Below are positions 48,858-63,179 of a stretch of DNA of 64,000 bases, piece after piece; position 1 is the first letter of the stretch; every line of letters starts with the position of its first letter. The notes under the pieces were generated by a model. It saw only the letters and a program-made list of their open reading frames with translations, had not been told where the DNA came from and ran no database searches. The translations under genes and the position numbers were made by a program. The DNA comes from Phoronis australis. Taxonomy: Eukaryota; Animalia; Phoronida. The stretch is from assembly GCA_002633005.1 (NCBI GenBank), contig NMRA01000050.1:743820-807819 (forward strand), written 5' to 3'.

Positions 48858-49855
48858 TTTTTTTTTTTTTAATTTTTTTTTTATTCTCCCAGTTCAACAT
48901 AAGTAAGGACAAAGGTCTGGGATTCCCTTGCCTTACTTTACAATTCAATGAAAATAAAGTTTACTAAGTTAAAAATATACATGAACCGGATTTTGAAATA
49001 GATTTAACAAAAGAAAACAAAAACATACAAGACAATATAGTAGTATATGGCTCTGAAAAAAAAGGAGGGGGGAGAGTATTTTGGAATGATAAAATATCCT
49101 TACATTGCTATCAAATTATGCATTTGTGACCACCTGTTTGTAAATTTTTCCATTTGTAAATTTTTTGAATAAATATGTTTTTCACTGGAGTAATAACTGT
49201 TAATTTCTTTTGTTAATACAATTAAATTTGGAGGTTTACCCTTGAGACGTTGCTTATATAAATGGAACTTGCTGAGACACAAGATTAAATTTTGAATTGG
49301 CTGGCTTCTACATCTGTTTCCAAAGAAAACTGTAAGCACATTTGTACCAAGGGAAATATTAGTTTTGTTTCTAACCCAACCTTCAACATTGTTCCAAAAA
49401 TTTTGAACAACATCACATTGCCAGTATAAGTGAAGCAAAGTCTCAGGTTCAGTCTTACAAAACGTACACAAGGGGGAGTTGGTTACCCCAATTTTGACAA
49501 GGTAAGAGTTACAGCTAATTATCCTATGTGACAGTCTAAATTGAAACCAACGAAGTTTCACGTCAAGTGTAAAATTCAGAAAGTAGGCAAATTTCCACCA
49601 TTCTGTAGTGTCAGGTATTGCAAGTTCTGCCTGCCACTTCATCTCAGACCTAGGCCGGGCATATTTGTTTAGCACCAAAATGTTATATATATGTTTTGTT
49701 CCCTTCTTGTCTGCAAGTAACAATTTCACAAAAATTGGGATAGAGGGTGCGTAGAAGGAAAACTTGTCTCTTTTTGAGATTTTCCATTTTTGACAAACAG
49801 CCTCATTGAGCCCATAAAAATTCAAAAATATTGGTCTAAAATTGAACTGGCGATA
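48858..49855 (-). mobile_element. 5'-truncated L1/Tx1-type LINE 3' end (zf-RVT region, 3' UTR, poly-A)
   Basis: ORF 49100..49825 with KLRWFQFRLSHRI and CTFC...ETLLHLYWQC; poly-T tract at 48858-48882 on the + strand. Confidence 0.9.
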
Positions 49856-50299
49856 GCAACATTTCCAGAGCTTTTGCTAGTAGAAGTGCCTTCGTCCGGA
49901 TTCGTTTCTTCTTGTATTGCGCTTTGAGAGCGAAGTGCTTTTCGTTGATTTCTACCCGGCATAGTTATCAAAAATATTGGCAAAATTCCCAAGAAGACCA
50001 ATTAGAACGCCTTCATTGGCCGAGACCGGAACCGGAAGTCCAAAAAAAAGATAAAATTTTAACGCATAGGTGTGATGCCCAGAAAATTACTCACAGATGT
50101 ATATAGTTGCACGAAGAAAGCACCTACCAAACATGTAACCCATAGCCATGTTAGCCACGTTTTTCAATTCAAATCAAGGCTTCAGCAACAAACTTGTGGT
50201 CTTCGAACACAAAGAACGAGACAACTAGACGCAAATTCTCCAAAGAGCGTTCTTTGTTACAAAACGCTTGACTGAACGCGTACTACCATTTCCGGATGA

Positions 50300-50750
50300 A
50301 TCCCAAAATCGCGGATAAGTTCAAGAAGGAAACTTCCTCATCAAGCTTTACAAGATTTTGTCCGATCACCTTACTTGTTACATGACTAATGGGCTAGCAC
50401 AATGAACAACGAGGTGACACTCAGCTGATTACCTTGATGAGCAACAAGGTTTGCAAATGTATATAGAACGAGGTCCACAAAGTTAAATATTACTCAGTCA
50501 TTGTAGACTCTGAAACATACGTAACAGGTATAGATCACCTGACTTTCATTGTCCAGTATGTCTTGGAAGGCAACACATAAGCCCGGTTCGTTTTTGCTTA
50601 CTTCAACACAAGACCAAAGTGCTGAAGGTCTCGCCGATGTGGTTAGGAACACACTTGCTGACCTGGAGCTACCACTGAAGGACTATATAAGTCGAAGTTG
50701 CGGCAATGCCAAGCAAGTCCATCACAATGTATGGTAAAATATACTTGTCA
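50300..50750 (+). mobile_element. hAT (ZMYM1/zf-TTF-like) transposase remnant, N-side part
   Basis: KYYSVIVDSETYVTGIDHLTFIVQYV, SAEGLADVV..TL..LEL, MYGKIY. Confidence 0.8.
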
Positions 50751-50758
50751 AGTATGAA

Positions 50759-52819
50759 TCTTCTTCAGCGTTCCTGGCCATGGAGTTTGAAAGTTCAGTC
50801 CGGTCTTCTGGCCAAATTCTGCGGTTCGCCGCAATGACACTGTTGGGCTTCACAGTTTTACTTTGAGTTCCACCGGACTGGCAATGTCTGGCACCTTATG
50901 GTGTCGAAAGTAGGCCAGCTCTGTAGTACAAGCTCAGGTGTCTGGGGGTCAGTGACACGCTGGCACTCGTCTGTATGGAAGATTTTCAAGCGAAGCATGT
51001 TGGAGAGGACCTGGCAGTGGCCAATTCTTAGCCTGAACATGGTCACTTGTTCGCGCCGGTCAAACTGGTAGATATAGTCTTGTTCCGTTCCCAGACGTAG
51101 ATGCTACCTTCAGGCATTTCTTAAGTGGCTTTGTATGAGGGTTTTAACTTTTCCGTACGACCATGGATGCACCTTCTGCTCCAGTTTGCGTCCTGTCTTA
51201 GAGATGCTGTATGCTTCCTCATTGTTGCTGATGCTGCAATGGGCGGGAATCCATTGCAGCACAACAGTGATTTTGTTGCTGAGAATGTGCATCTCCTGCT
51301 TGATTTTTTCAGGATCTAGTCCCTTCCTGTCGTCTTAAGATTCTGTAGGAGTGATGGGCAGTTTGTGAGGAATACTGGCGGACCCGGAGACTTGTTTACT
51401 AGTTCAGTGTCTAGGCTGCGAGGTACAGAGCATTTCCCTCTGTTGTTGGTGGAGTGAATGCCTGTGACAATGGTCTTGCGTAGACAGCTGCCGTGTAGGT
51501 AAATGATGAAAACACCATCCCCTATATTCATGATAGCATTCTAAGCAGAGCCAACTGAACAGAGTGGGGTCCAGGTGGTGGTGGTGGAGTAGTCTCTGTC
51601 CAGGGTTTCTAGGGTAAGGCCTTCAGAACTACCTCCACTTGTGTCTCCTTTGCACCAATCCCAGGGATGTCGAGGGTGATAGGGGGAGCGTCCAGCGACC
51701 ATTCTTCAAAGTCTCGGAGCATTTCTAGTGGTTGATTGGTTGAAGATAGCAGACGTCGTTATTTCTGCTGAAGGACCTTGATTAGGTGGTTTGACCTCTT
51801 CATGCAGTTTTTGGCCAGAGCTTGCAGTTTGGGGTGCAGTGGATGCCGCCACATCTCGCTCTGTCTCAAGAGTTTCTCATCCCGTGTTTCTGCCAGGGAG
51901 TTTAAGACTGTCGTCCTCCCTATTTCCGTGACGGACGTGATCTTCATGCCTCTTGTGATTTAGCGCAGACGATAATTCTGGACCTTGACTAAGTTGTCTG
52001 TGTTGGTCTTGGTATGCGTTAGAGGTGTACTCTATCTGGGGTCTAACATATTCAGTGTTAACTTAGGTCAAGATATTCATGTCAGCGCCCCAACTGGTAC
52101 CAGTCAATTTCTTCATCACAGCAATTTTTAGGTGATTTGTTCTGCAAGTCAGCAATGTGCGGAACCAAGTAAACCTCTTGTCTATTTTAACCCCGAGGTA
52201 GGCTGGGGTTGCTTGATTGGGAATATTCTGGCCTTCTAGCTGCAGAGAGAACTCTTCTTTAATGGGAGAGAAGAAAAAGCAGGTGGCCTCTATTTTGGTC
52301 CTGTTGATCATGGCCATTCACTCTTTAGCTCAGTTTAGATGATGTCCATGGCTTCCTGCATTCTGTACCCTGCTACAGCTGTATGTTGATGTATTCTGCT
52401 TTCGTCCATACAGCCAGGTCTTCAGCATGGAGAGTCCTTGAGATGTGCATAGAAAGGTGGTCGGCAATGTCATCAATAAAGAAAACAAAGAGCGTCGTCG
52501 CAATTGTGCTTCCTGGAGTACCCCTTCCCTGACCCTTCCAACTTTACTTGCGCATATCTTTGGAAGAAGCAACAGTTAACACAAGCAAACATTTTGCCGC
52601 ATTCTTGTTTTTGGAGAAGCTTGAGGAGCAAGCCTTCCTTCCAGAACTTGTCGAAGGCTTTAGTAAGGTCTACAAATACGGCTAGTTTCTCCATTTTCTA
52701 AGTCTTGGGTGAGTAGTGTGACCTGGTCCTCTGTGCTTCTGTTATTTCTGATGCCTGAGTGGGTGGGGTTAATTATCATGTTCAGTTCTAGGTGATATTG
52801 CAGACGTTTGTTGATTATG
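50759..52819 (-). mobile_element. RNase H-containing (I-group) LINE, 3' part: RT, RNase H, C-terminal CCHC relic, (GAA)n tail
   Basis: LAVFVDLTKAFD, YLGVKIDKR, VVLQWIPAHC, MFRLRIGHC, QTPELVLQ; degenerate. Confidence 0.9.
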
Positions 52820-52827
52820 GGTTATAT

Positions 52828-53603
52828 CATAGACTATAGTACATGGCGCCAACTCCGTATATTTTCAGTGGACGAAATCTGTGATCTTAAGCATAAGCCC
52901 TTACGTCATTATACACTGTCGACACCTGGCTAAATTTTCTGGTGCAATTTCCGGCAAGCACGTCATCTGCTTATCATGGTCGGCTACTGTGTTGCTGGTT
53001 GTTCGGCCACACACGCGAAATGCAAAGGAATTAGCTTCCATACCATCCGAAGACCCCATAATCGGGTGTGGGAAGAAAAGCTTACTTCTTGTGTCAACGT
53101 GAATGGCAGTTGTTTCAGCATTAAGACTTTATACACTTGTTCAAGGCACTTCAAAGATGAATGTTTTTAAGTGGCTCTACTACTTAATCCTGTCCTCACA
53201 AATCCATTTTTCTTATCTCCGTTTTGATGAAAACTATCTGGTAAACTTTTTGACGAAAATTGTACGCTAAATTTCTTCCAAAGGTAGTGACTCATGAAGT
53301 TCTGTCCTTACGAGGAACTTCAGTCATAGTCTAGTGAGCGAATTAACCAAATTACTCTTCGCTGGCCCTGAACAGACAGTTGGTCTCAGCAGAATGCGCA
53401 CATTTGGCCAGGATTTGGATCAGTGATTTCAACAAATTCACATTCGTGTACAAATAAATAGAACGCTGGCAAAACCTTTAACATAAATAAAGATTACATT
53501 AATACTTCAGAAATAACCACCTGGACCAGTCAAACTCTACCTCGCAATTCAACAGCAGGTTACACAATATATGCCGCACAAAATCTCTCGACTGTAGTCT
53601 ATG
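52828..53603 (+). mobile_element. Non-autonomous P-like element with THAP relic
   Basis: TIR CATAGACTA(T/C)AGT at both ends; ORF 52976..53170 MVGYCVAGC...ISFH...W...TCSRHFKDECF. Confidence 0.7.
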
Positions 53604-53870
53604 AAAATGCAACCAACTTCTTTGAAAACATGGAACAGGAACAATAGAGGGGTATGAAGGTTGTTTTTATTCTTCAATGATAAATTTTTGTAAGCGGACA
53701 AATGGTTTTTAAATTTCCGTCTTAAGTCCTAACATTTCCAAACTTAAGCCATTCAAACGAACGTTTATGACGAAAACAAAATTCTTCAACCAGTTTTGTA
53801 AAGTCCTATGCCACCTGTAAGCTACATAATGAGCCAATCCCACTCCTAATGTAACAAAAGGGTCCCGTGA

Positions 53871-56800
53871 AAAGGAGTGTAGTAGATATAAGAGAGTTCA
53901 CTAGTGAGTTCGCTGTTCCGCTACTATTAGCGCCGCCAAGTGGTGACTAAGCAACTGTCAACCAGGTAGCGCCAAAACGATGGAAAAGGACACATTTTGC
54001 AGTGCGATAGATTGCATGAATTCATCGACGAAAACCCCAGACGTGTCATTTTTTAGGTTTCCTAAGGATCCAGAAAGGTGAAGATTATCTGTTATTCAAT
54101 AATATGATACATTGGCTTTCATTTTGTGTGTTTTGTTCACGGTTGTTAGACAAGTTTATCGGAGTCTCGTTGCCACTGTTGTCTGCAGTGTAGTCTAGGC
54201 CTACAGACTGTACAGACGGGCTGTCGGCGGAAGGACTATGATGAACGTGCGATGTGATCGTCAGCTTTTTGGATACTTGCAGTCCATGAATTCGAAATCA
54301 AAATGTCACCCGTACGATCGCAGGTATAATTTTAGGAACCATATACATGCCCATGGCCATGGGTAATATGACTGGTGACACGGCCATGGCACAATCACCG
54401 TGTCATGAGTCAAGTTAGACGGATAATCTGTGGGTCTCCGTGGAAAGGTGAAAAACCAACATAATTTTAATGTGCCAGTTAGACCAATTAAGTTAAGCAT
54501 TGCGTCATTTAAAGCTAAATTCAATGGGTCAATGATGCAGGGGCGCGACATTTGAGTCCGATTTTTTTCAGTTGACACCAAAACGCTTTAGTTTCTATCA
54601 CAATCATAGTACGACAGGAATTCTGTAGTGTAGTGTACTTTAGTGTAGGCTACCAGTCTTCTGTGAACCTATTGAGTATGAGGTTTGTTCCTGAGTCTCT
54701 CAGTCATTGATTTCTGTTCAGGTGCAAGCGCTGGGAGCTGACCTTATAAATAGAGATGCAACCTATTTGTCCAAGAACTGCAAGTTATATTCCCATCACT
54801 TCGAAGAGTCTATGTTCATGAATGAAGAACAAGCTGGTATTAACTGCATTGCCCGAACAATATTTGATGTCCCGAATCCATCTAAAATGAATATGTCAGG
54901 GTCAAACAGTTCTCCGGAAATTATATTATAGCTCTGGAATAGGCTTTTTGCATTTCTGATTATCGTCTCACTAAGCAAGTACTAGAACATCACGTGTACA
55001 AAGGACAATTAGTCAAAATCTGGTTTTCGTATTTTACTAAGGTTGAACAGATTGAAACAATTTATGGATGGTTAGCTTGTGACTTGGAGAGAGCCAAAGT
55101 TAAACTGATGGATCATTCAGAAATCTGAATGGTGGACTGAAATTTTGTTAAACCCAAGGTATCGGTATCATTTTGCTTCTCGGTGACAAACTCCTCTGTG
55201 AGTAAATTAGTTTTCAGCTTTATTTAGAACGCATTCCTTTGGCGAAAAGTGCTGTTGTTTACTAGTAGTCGGTGGGCCAGATCTCATAGCGTTCATCCTT
55301 GTGAGTACTTTGGGGGGGGGGGGGGNGGGGGCAACCTAGTTTTTTCTATGTGGCTAGATAATATACCTATAAATCAAATTCCAAAAAGTTCCCACGTCTA
55401 CGCTTGCACATTTTTTTTAAAAAAGGTGTTTTTGTTGCACAAAATATGATGCACACTCCTGCCACTTGATGGCACTTTTCTATTGAATTGACCAATCAGA
55501 GAGCCAGATTGTATTGTTGTGCTTAGTTACTTCAATATGGCTGCTCCCAAACAGCACAAAATTGTAATGTCAGATCATAAAGAAGCTTAGGAAAGCTTCC
55601 TGACGAAAGCTGATTGACTGTGGAACTCTGTAGATCAGTAGATCAAAAAGAAGAAGAGGTGTCACAAAAGTTTGTGCAGAAAACAGCTGCATGTCCTGGT
55701 AGCCTACACAGTATACTGCTGAGTGCTGTAGACTAGAAGACCAAGTGTCAGACCAAAAAATTGAAAGGACATAGAACGGCATAGCAACGTTTCAAGGCAC
55801 CAACAGTAGTACTAAAGCTGAAGTTGCTGAAAGTAATACAGATGTTATCCAAGATATCCCAAGAAAATCAATTATACTTCCAAAATCTGAAACACCCAAT
55901 TAACCTGAACAAGATAGGAACAGGCTGAAACATGAGTGCATCATTTGTTGGCAGGAAAAGTACATTATGGGCCACATTTCAAGAAAGAGAAAGAAGTATA
56001 TTTTTTAACTTGTTCAGCCACTTGGCTGCCTAGGCCCTAGACAATACTGCTGACCCAGTACAGAAGATGATCATACCATAGGTACTCCATATGCTGGATA
56101 CTTTTCGGCAAATCATGTTCCTATAAGTTTAGAAGTACCGCGTAGAGAGATGCCTTTGGAGGTACTTAATGTTTTCATTCGTTCCCAGTTTAAACAAATA
56201 CTCCTGCAATCCTAGCTGTTTTTCGAACACTCCATTCAGTTGACACATCCACACTGCTTGCGATGAGGGATAATCCTGTGGCGTTTTCTGTGGGTGTGAT
56301 TTTAAAGCACTTTAAGTCAAAAATTTTTGAGAAGGTTAAATGGAGTAGATGGTTGCAAACAACATGCCCAAGTGGCTGACATCCCCTGCCGTAGTCTCAA
56401 TTTTTTGTAAACATTAATTACTTAGGTAGCTCTAATGATAATTAAATTAAAGTGCCTAAGTGGCCATCGTCGTCGTCGAAATTTGAGGACGATGGAAGCC
56501 ACTGTCCATTTCGTCAAACGTCGATTACCTTAAGTGTAAATCGATTGACTATGGTTTGAGCATCTGATTTAAAAAAATTAAAATTCAATCACTGCACTGG
56601 TATATCAGCTGATTTATTTTAAGTTGCATCAACTGATCTAATTATTAGACGATCAACATTATTAGGCTACAGATCAGACGGCATGTAAATTTGTTAGGCT
56701 GGTGGTGGATCAGTTCCTGATAAGTCCATCTGAAAAAGTTGTATGCCAACTCACTCATAGTTGAATGTTAAATTGGTGTTAACAGTTCGGGTTTTTTTTC

Positions 56801-59246
56801 AGTTGGATTTGTATCGCAAGCAACAGCTCAGTCCAGAGCCCTGAATATGCAAATGAAATTCAAAGATAAAGACCTTGTGTCTTCAGTAGAAGCCAAGTAC
56901 CACAGATCATCATGCTATAAAAAATAGAAAGACAACGATTGTCTGCGGGCTAATCACCAGTGTGCAGTGCTGTACCCTCTCTAATCGACCATAGTCGACT
57001 CCTTGGCAGTGGAGCTTTGCAGTTAATATGTATGGCAATGACCGCATCTCCATTGACAGTACTAAACGATGAACGCTGCAAGTTCAAAAAGAACATGTGT
57101 GCTGGGAAACTGAGTTTGTGCTGCAATGCTGGGTCAAACTGTACAGAAATGTGCAGCTGTGACAACTGCAGTAACATCAGCAGCACTGACTGTATAACAT
57201 TGGATAGTTCTTTGACAAGTCAATCCTAAATAGACCTCCAACCCCGTTATTTCCTTTTTGTATTAAAAAGTTAATGTTATTTGTTGATTAAGTCATAGAA
57301 AGTACATACTTTGATCATTGTCATGTATTTGTCTCATAATGCTTGATAAACGCTGTCAGAATAATCTATTATTTTCATACAGTCTTTGTGCACATTCACA
57401 GACATCATTCAACTATATTGTTTTTGTACTATAACGTATTTCTGGTGTGTTATGCAAACAAGCTGTATTTTACGCCATTAGTCAATGTTTTAGTCATTGA
57501 GGCACAAATTTTGACCAGTCTCCAGTGTTTTGTGTTATTTTTGTTGCCTGACAATGCCAGAATAACTTCCCAGTAACATTCAGACTTAGTTTGCATTTTT
57601 GCCACTAGATGTCTCTTTACATTTTTTAAATTTCAGTGTTAATTAACAATTTACATAGTAAAATATGTAATGTGAGTGTAATATTGTTCAATACAATGGC
57701 ACTGATGGGACCATATTACTTGTTTTACAAAAAAGTCACCAAAACTGTTGTTTTTACAAATATAAGTTTACTAAGCTCTTTGGTGATTATTAGGTAACTT
57801 CAAACTCAAATTTCTCAAAAATGTGCAACTTTATATTTGGGAACTTTTTATATTTTGAAAACACTCAAATAAATGAATTAAAAAACACCAAAATAAAATT
57901 GCCCCCCTAAAGTACTCACAAAAACCGTTTTCTAGAGGCCCTACAAAATCTGGCCCACCGACTATAGTGAATTAATAGAGAGTGAAGGTTGGTCAGATTT
58001 TTTTGTTGTGTTGGTTGGTGTATGTGTTGCCAATTTTGTACGATTTTGGAGATTGTGATTAATTTAAGCCCTTTTTGTGGCTAGATATCAGATATGATCT
58101 TGTTGTCTGGCTTTAACTTACATGAAATATTTAGGCCTATTGTTATTGATAACAGGAACAGTAGGTATATAAAATAAAATTTGGTTTTATCATCCAACTC
58201 TTTTTAATTCAGTTTTGTATGAAGCTATGTGGGTATTGAGTATTTTGATTGCTGTTCAGTACCTCTTAATTTGTTGTCATGACATTTTGAATTTTGACTA
58301 GTTATGATTGATGATGTACTCAACGTTACTACGTTTTGTAAGTTGTGACCTATTCTACAGATTAGCAACTGACTTGTAGCTGTTGGTGAGTGGGAGAGTG
58401 GGATTGAGTTTACCCTATACTGGCATGTCTAAGAAATAATGGAATGCTCCAAAACTGTATAATGATTTTGTGGTAGTGATGAATTGCCTTGCTTTCTTCT
58501 TCTCACTTGTGTAACACCCACAGCACAAAACAATTGTCTGCATTGCTAGTAGCCTGGTGCATTGAATAGGGAACACATGCAAATTGCCGGGTGGAGATGA
58601 AACCAGCAGTGAGCTGGGAGCAACATGTTTGTCAATAGTCAGGGGAGCAACCAAAATGTGTGACGATGGGTGGGACTCAACACCCATGAGGCATACATAC
58701 CTATTGGTTTTTACCTGTTTAGCACTCCTTCCATGTAACCCACCTGGGAGGGAGTCAACACCCATTTGGCGCCCGCCTGGTTTTCGTATGGTACCCCTTA
58801 GATGGCACCTGGGGGGAATTCCCCTCTGAACCCACAAGAGCAATAATTCAAATTATGTAGTCCATGGAGGTATGAACTGTTACAAGGAACGATAATTGCC
58901 TTGTTAAAAACTCGAGCATGAAACTAAACCATGGTGGATTTTGAAGGAAGCTTCAAGAGAATAAAAACAAATACACTTTAATATTAATTAAAATATACAT
59001 TTTCTTTCTCATTCGATTGTAAGTGGATGTTATTTTATGTTTTCTAACCATTTTCAATCACACAATAATTTTATTGCTCGTTGAATATCATTAAAGTATG
59101 AATTTTTGAGTGTTTACATTGTTCGGACTGCGCTCCTAACTAAGTGTTGATTATTCACCGCTTGGAGCGCTAGTGTTTCGACCGGTAACCATTGTGGCGA
59201 ATGGTAAAATGGCGGAGTGAACTCTCCTGTACTAGTACACTCCTTG
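53871..59246 (+). mobile_element. THAP-encoding TIR element (P-like), internally deleted, with spliced THAP relic
   Basis: TIR AAGGAGTGTA.TAG...GAGAGTTCACT plus a subterminal inverted match TAGCGC..CCAAG.GGTGA.TAA.CAAC; MEKDTFCSAIDC...FFRFPKDPER|gt...ag|CKRW...LYSHHFEESMF...TIFDVPNP. Confidence 0.72.
55266..57964 (+). mobile_element. Academ-type DNA transposon remnant
   Basis: Perfect 17-bp TIR TAGTCGGTGGGCCAGAT; 3-bp TSD TAG; DLVSSVEAKYHRSSCYKK and Cys-rich end CNAGSNCTEMCSCDNCSN. Confidence 0.8.
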
Positions 59247-60299
59247 ATACTAGTATTGCCCTTCTGAAATATTACCGTATTCGCCATAATAAGCGGCCAG
59301 GGCGCTTAGAAAAATCCGCTTCAGGAAGGGGGCGCTTATTATAACCCAAAAGTGGTTGAAACCCGGTCTCCGAAACAGGTGAATTCATCAAATTTACGCT
59401 CTGTGACGAATCTGTAACCTATGACAGAGTTTCTACAAAACTGCAGTGCATTGCTATCAAACTTTGTTGTCAACGGGCATTTTTCAGAAAATCCCACTGC
59501 CAAAAATTGCCGTAAATCAGGTTTCGAGCTCCTCAGCTTGGTTTAACTATATATTAATAAACCATAAAAATGGTTCCAAGTGATCAGTGCAATGGCTGCG
59601 CACGTCTAATAAATGTGTATCATGCAGCTCCTGATTTAAACAAAGGTCTGTTTTTTAAATTTTGATCCGGTATAAATAACGCCACAGATCTGGAAATCCA
59701 GCGAAACACTTCTACCTTACAAATCTGACAATCCCTAGTCTCAGAAAATTTGAGCACCAGGCAAAAGATACTAATGATGAAATTCTGGTGATGATAATCA
59801 CCCACTTTGTTTATTTACTTCACCTCAGTTTGAAATACTTGGTAAAATGAAGCCCATTCGAGTAAGCATCACGTGGGTCCCAATACCAACCCAATGAATT
59901 ATATGATAGAACCCAACAAGCTCACGTTGCAGTCAAATCAGGATGGGCATAAATAAGGAAATTTACTGTATCAACAGATTGGCCTAATAAGAATAAGATA
60001 CAAAGTGTTGCTACAGTGCACATGTGCACGATACTTGGTCTATTATTTTCCCGCCGTAAATGCATGAACCAATCAGATCACCAAGAGCGTAAAGTTTTCG
60101 AAAACAGCTCTATTTTTAGGGAGTCCTGTTACTGTTCTATTTATTTTCAAAACTTTATTGTGTTAAATTTAATTCATTTTCTGTTCAACTGAATGAAGCC
60201 ACCTAATATGAATGCATTCAACACAGTTAATGCATTGTAAAAATCAAAAGTTATGCTATATCAACGATAGACAAAATCAGTACACCCCTTTCTTGAAAA

Positions 60300-61223
60300 A
60301 AGGGTTTAAAAGTTACAAACGAAGGACACAAGTTTCCATCACTTGTAACGTCGATTTTCGACATTGATATTTGGGAAGAACATCAGTCTGGCGACAGCAA
60401 CACGGAATCGTACGAAGGCGATGATTTTCAAAATATGATTCGTTTTCGTTGTATGTCTTTTTCCCTATGGTTCAGGGTTACTTCTGAATCCAGGAACAAG
60501 AACTGAGAGAGGCAGGGTTCGTGATAACGTTAGAGAACGGTAACATTTATATAAGTTGTTACAACTGTCATGGATATTGTCATCTCCTCTGTTTTCATCC
60601 AACCTTCCCAGATGAAAACTTGAATGAAGAGGACCTTCAGTACTTGAGTGAGCATAGTATACTGTGTGATTTATGTTGAATTATTCAACGGTTCTTTTAA
60701 GAACCATTTCACGCTATACCTACAACCAACGGCCCTTTTAACGGCCAGTCAACACTTCCCAGAAGAACTGCTCACTTGAGAATGTTGAAGTATAAACATG
60801 CAAAGGTTAAAATAGCCAAATCGGTACTCCTTGGAATTTGTGCACAAACATGCTTTCGTAGTTTTCTCAGTAGGCTCATGTGAACCATAAATCACAAACT
60901 GTCCGATAACTATGCTGCTATGCTATTGGGCAAGCAGTCGACATAATCATTTGGCACCGAAGATTGAAATTTGTAATTAATTACCAGTAGCATTACCAAA
61001 AGTACTCACGATACCAACACGTCTACTATTGCAAGACTTTGAACAGCGTTTCAATGCCGAAATTAATATTTTTTTCGTTGTACTGGACAGTAATGTAGAT
61101 GCAAATATTTCTCGTCAAAATACACTAAGCGGAAACTGCACCAGAAAGATCAGGAGAGTGGGGACGCCTCGTGGCTAGCACGTAAGAAAATGCTGGAATG
61201 GCGAATCTGTTGTCTATAACCTA
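60300..61223 (+). mobile_element. Probable second hAT-like remnant (right end of the block inserted in the LINE)
   Basis: Weak relics (LQDFEQRF); the terminus TATAACCTA is an inverted match to TGGGTTATA at 52818. Confidence 0.35.
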
Positions 61224-61229
61224 TTGTTA

Positions 61230-63170
61230 CATGAGTTTGTCTGAGAAGCTGATGAGACCGATGGGCAATAGCTGCTCTTGTTGTGCCTGTCCTTCTCCGT
61301 CTTCAAGGTTGGAGTGTATATGGCTTCCTTCCAGCTAACTGGAAAGGCGCTTACGCTCCAAGTTCGGTTTGGTGTGACTGCCGAGGTGTTGAATTTTCTC
61401 CGTGAGCCTTCTTGGGTTTTAAGCTGTCTGATGGACCTGTTCAGTTCTTAGTCATGCAGGCAGTTTGTTGTGATCGTTGCTTCTTTACTTTCATCTACCT
61501 TCTTTGTTCGGACTTCTGCTGTGTTCTGTCTTTAAAATTCTATGCAAGCAGGGGTAGACGCTTTTTCCAGTGTAAGTCTGTTCCTTTTTAGGAACGTTGC
61601 TCTTGAAGTACACTGGTGGACGTCGTTTATGGTCTTGGTGAGCTGCCAGAGTTGTCCTGTATCTTTCTCCATGTTTAGACATCTGGTCTGCTCGTGCCAG
61701 GACTTGTGGATTTCTATTGTCTTTTCCTCATCAAATGCAGCTCTTGCTTTGTTGTAAATTGGTGTGTTTTCAGGGTTGGGTCTTTTTACGTTGTTCTCTT
61801 GTTGCTGTAAGTTGGTCATGGATGCTTTGCAGATGGTTACTGCAGTATGCTTTTTAGTCTCTACTTCTTCCCCTTGGAATGCTCTGGCATGTTGCCTGGA
61901 GTATGCAGATAGAAATCCGTCTGACATTGATGTTGATTTCATGCTTCGAGTCAATGATGGTTTCTCTTCCTTTTCGTGTAAAGGAGCGTTGTCCTTGTAG
62001 TGAGAGCTTCAGCAGGACGGGTAGGTGGCCACTTCGTCCTAAGTGGTTTGCTACATTCTTGTCGCATATCTTCTGGATGTCTTCCGTGGCTATGGCGAGG
62101 CCTGGAGTTCTTGTCGTCTTCCAGGTTCTTGTCGTCCGGCTTGGTGATTGGATGAGACAGTTGTCGATCATAAAGTCTTCAATTTGTTTTCCTTTAAGAT
62201 TCAGGCCCTGATATCCTAAGCTTAGTTGGGGTCTGACAATGTCACCTAGGTTGAATAGGTCTTGGTTAGACAGGGGTGAATTGAGGAGTTGCAGGTGGGC
62301 GCTACAAATTGATGATTATAAATTCTCTCCCTTGGGGTACACCTTTCACTGCAATAAATTCATTATCTCATACAGACCTCTCAATCTCTATCGCTGGAAT
62401 AGTGCTCCGTGCGAGGGTGATAATGTCTCCCTTGGAACGGTTGATTATATCATGTCGTAACAATTCGTAAACCTTGATGAAGAAGCGATGAGAAACTTTC
62501 AGGTGTGGCTCCTGGATACAGATGATGTCCACTTGCTCTCTTCTGAGAAAGTCTTGGAGCTCATATTTCTTCTTGCAAAGACCATCATCGTTCCACTGTG
62601 GGAAAACAATCGAAGCAACTGAAGTTTCCAAATGACTATGCTGGCTGGCTAGCATTGATCGTTGCTGCCTTCGGTTGAATCTTGGATTCGTCGCACCAAT
62701 ACCTAGAGGTGGTTCTTTTAGAGGCTGAGAACCCGGCGCTGCCACCGCCTGGCGAACCACGGGTTGAGCACCATAACGTTCAATATCTTTTTGCATGGCC
62801 ATGATGGGTAAGATACTTGCATGTCTGGTTCTCTTCTGTGAGGCAGGAGACACAGGTACAGAAGGACTGTCCGCTGTCCAAAGCCAACATTCTCCGTCTT
62901 CTTGGTGACACATGGATTTATTTTGGAAAGGCCCTTCTCCTAGACTGGTTGATTTCAATGTCTCAGGAGCCAAGTCTGCCCAGCGTTTAATGTCAATAGC
63001 ATGGGCAATGTTTTTACAGGGCAAGGGAGTTGGCCTTACGCCCAACCCTAGTGTAACACTATGGAGTGTTTGGGGGTGTATTTCAACTGATATCTACCTT
63101 TCAACCTGCATGGGTAGCCCTGCCGGAAGTTTTTAAACTCCCGCCGGTAAAGCTCTAGAGGTCAAGGAGA
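61230..63170 (-). mobile_element. Same LINE, 5' part: leader, APE endonuclease, start of RT
   Basis: QWNDDGL...VDIICIQEPHL, TPGLAIAT, LGRSGHLPVLL; ends at ...PIGLISFSDKLM, which continues as IINKRL at 52819. Confidence 0.88.
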
Positions 63171-63179
63171 TAAGCAAGC

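Noticed and set aside
58415-58843. 142-aa minus-strand ORF as a possible upstream exon of the receptor
   Set aside because: It lies inside a TIR element and has no Ig pattern or phase-1 splice sites; probably a transposon relic.
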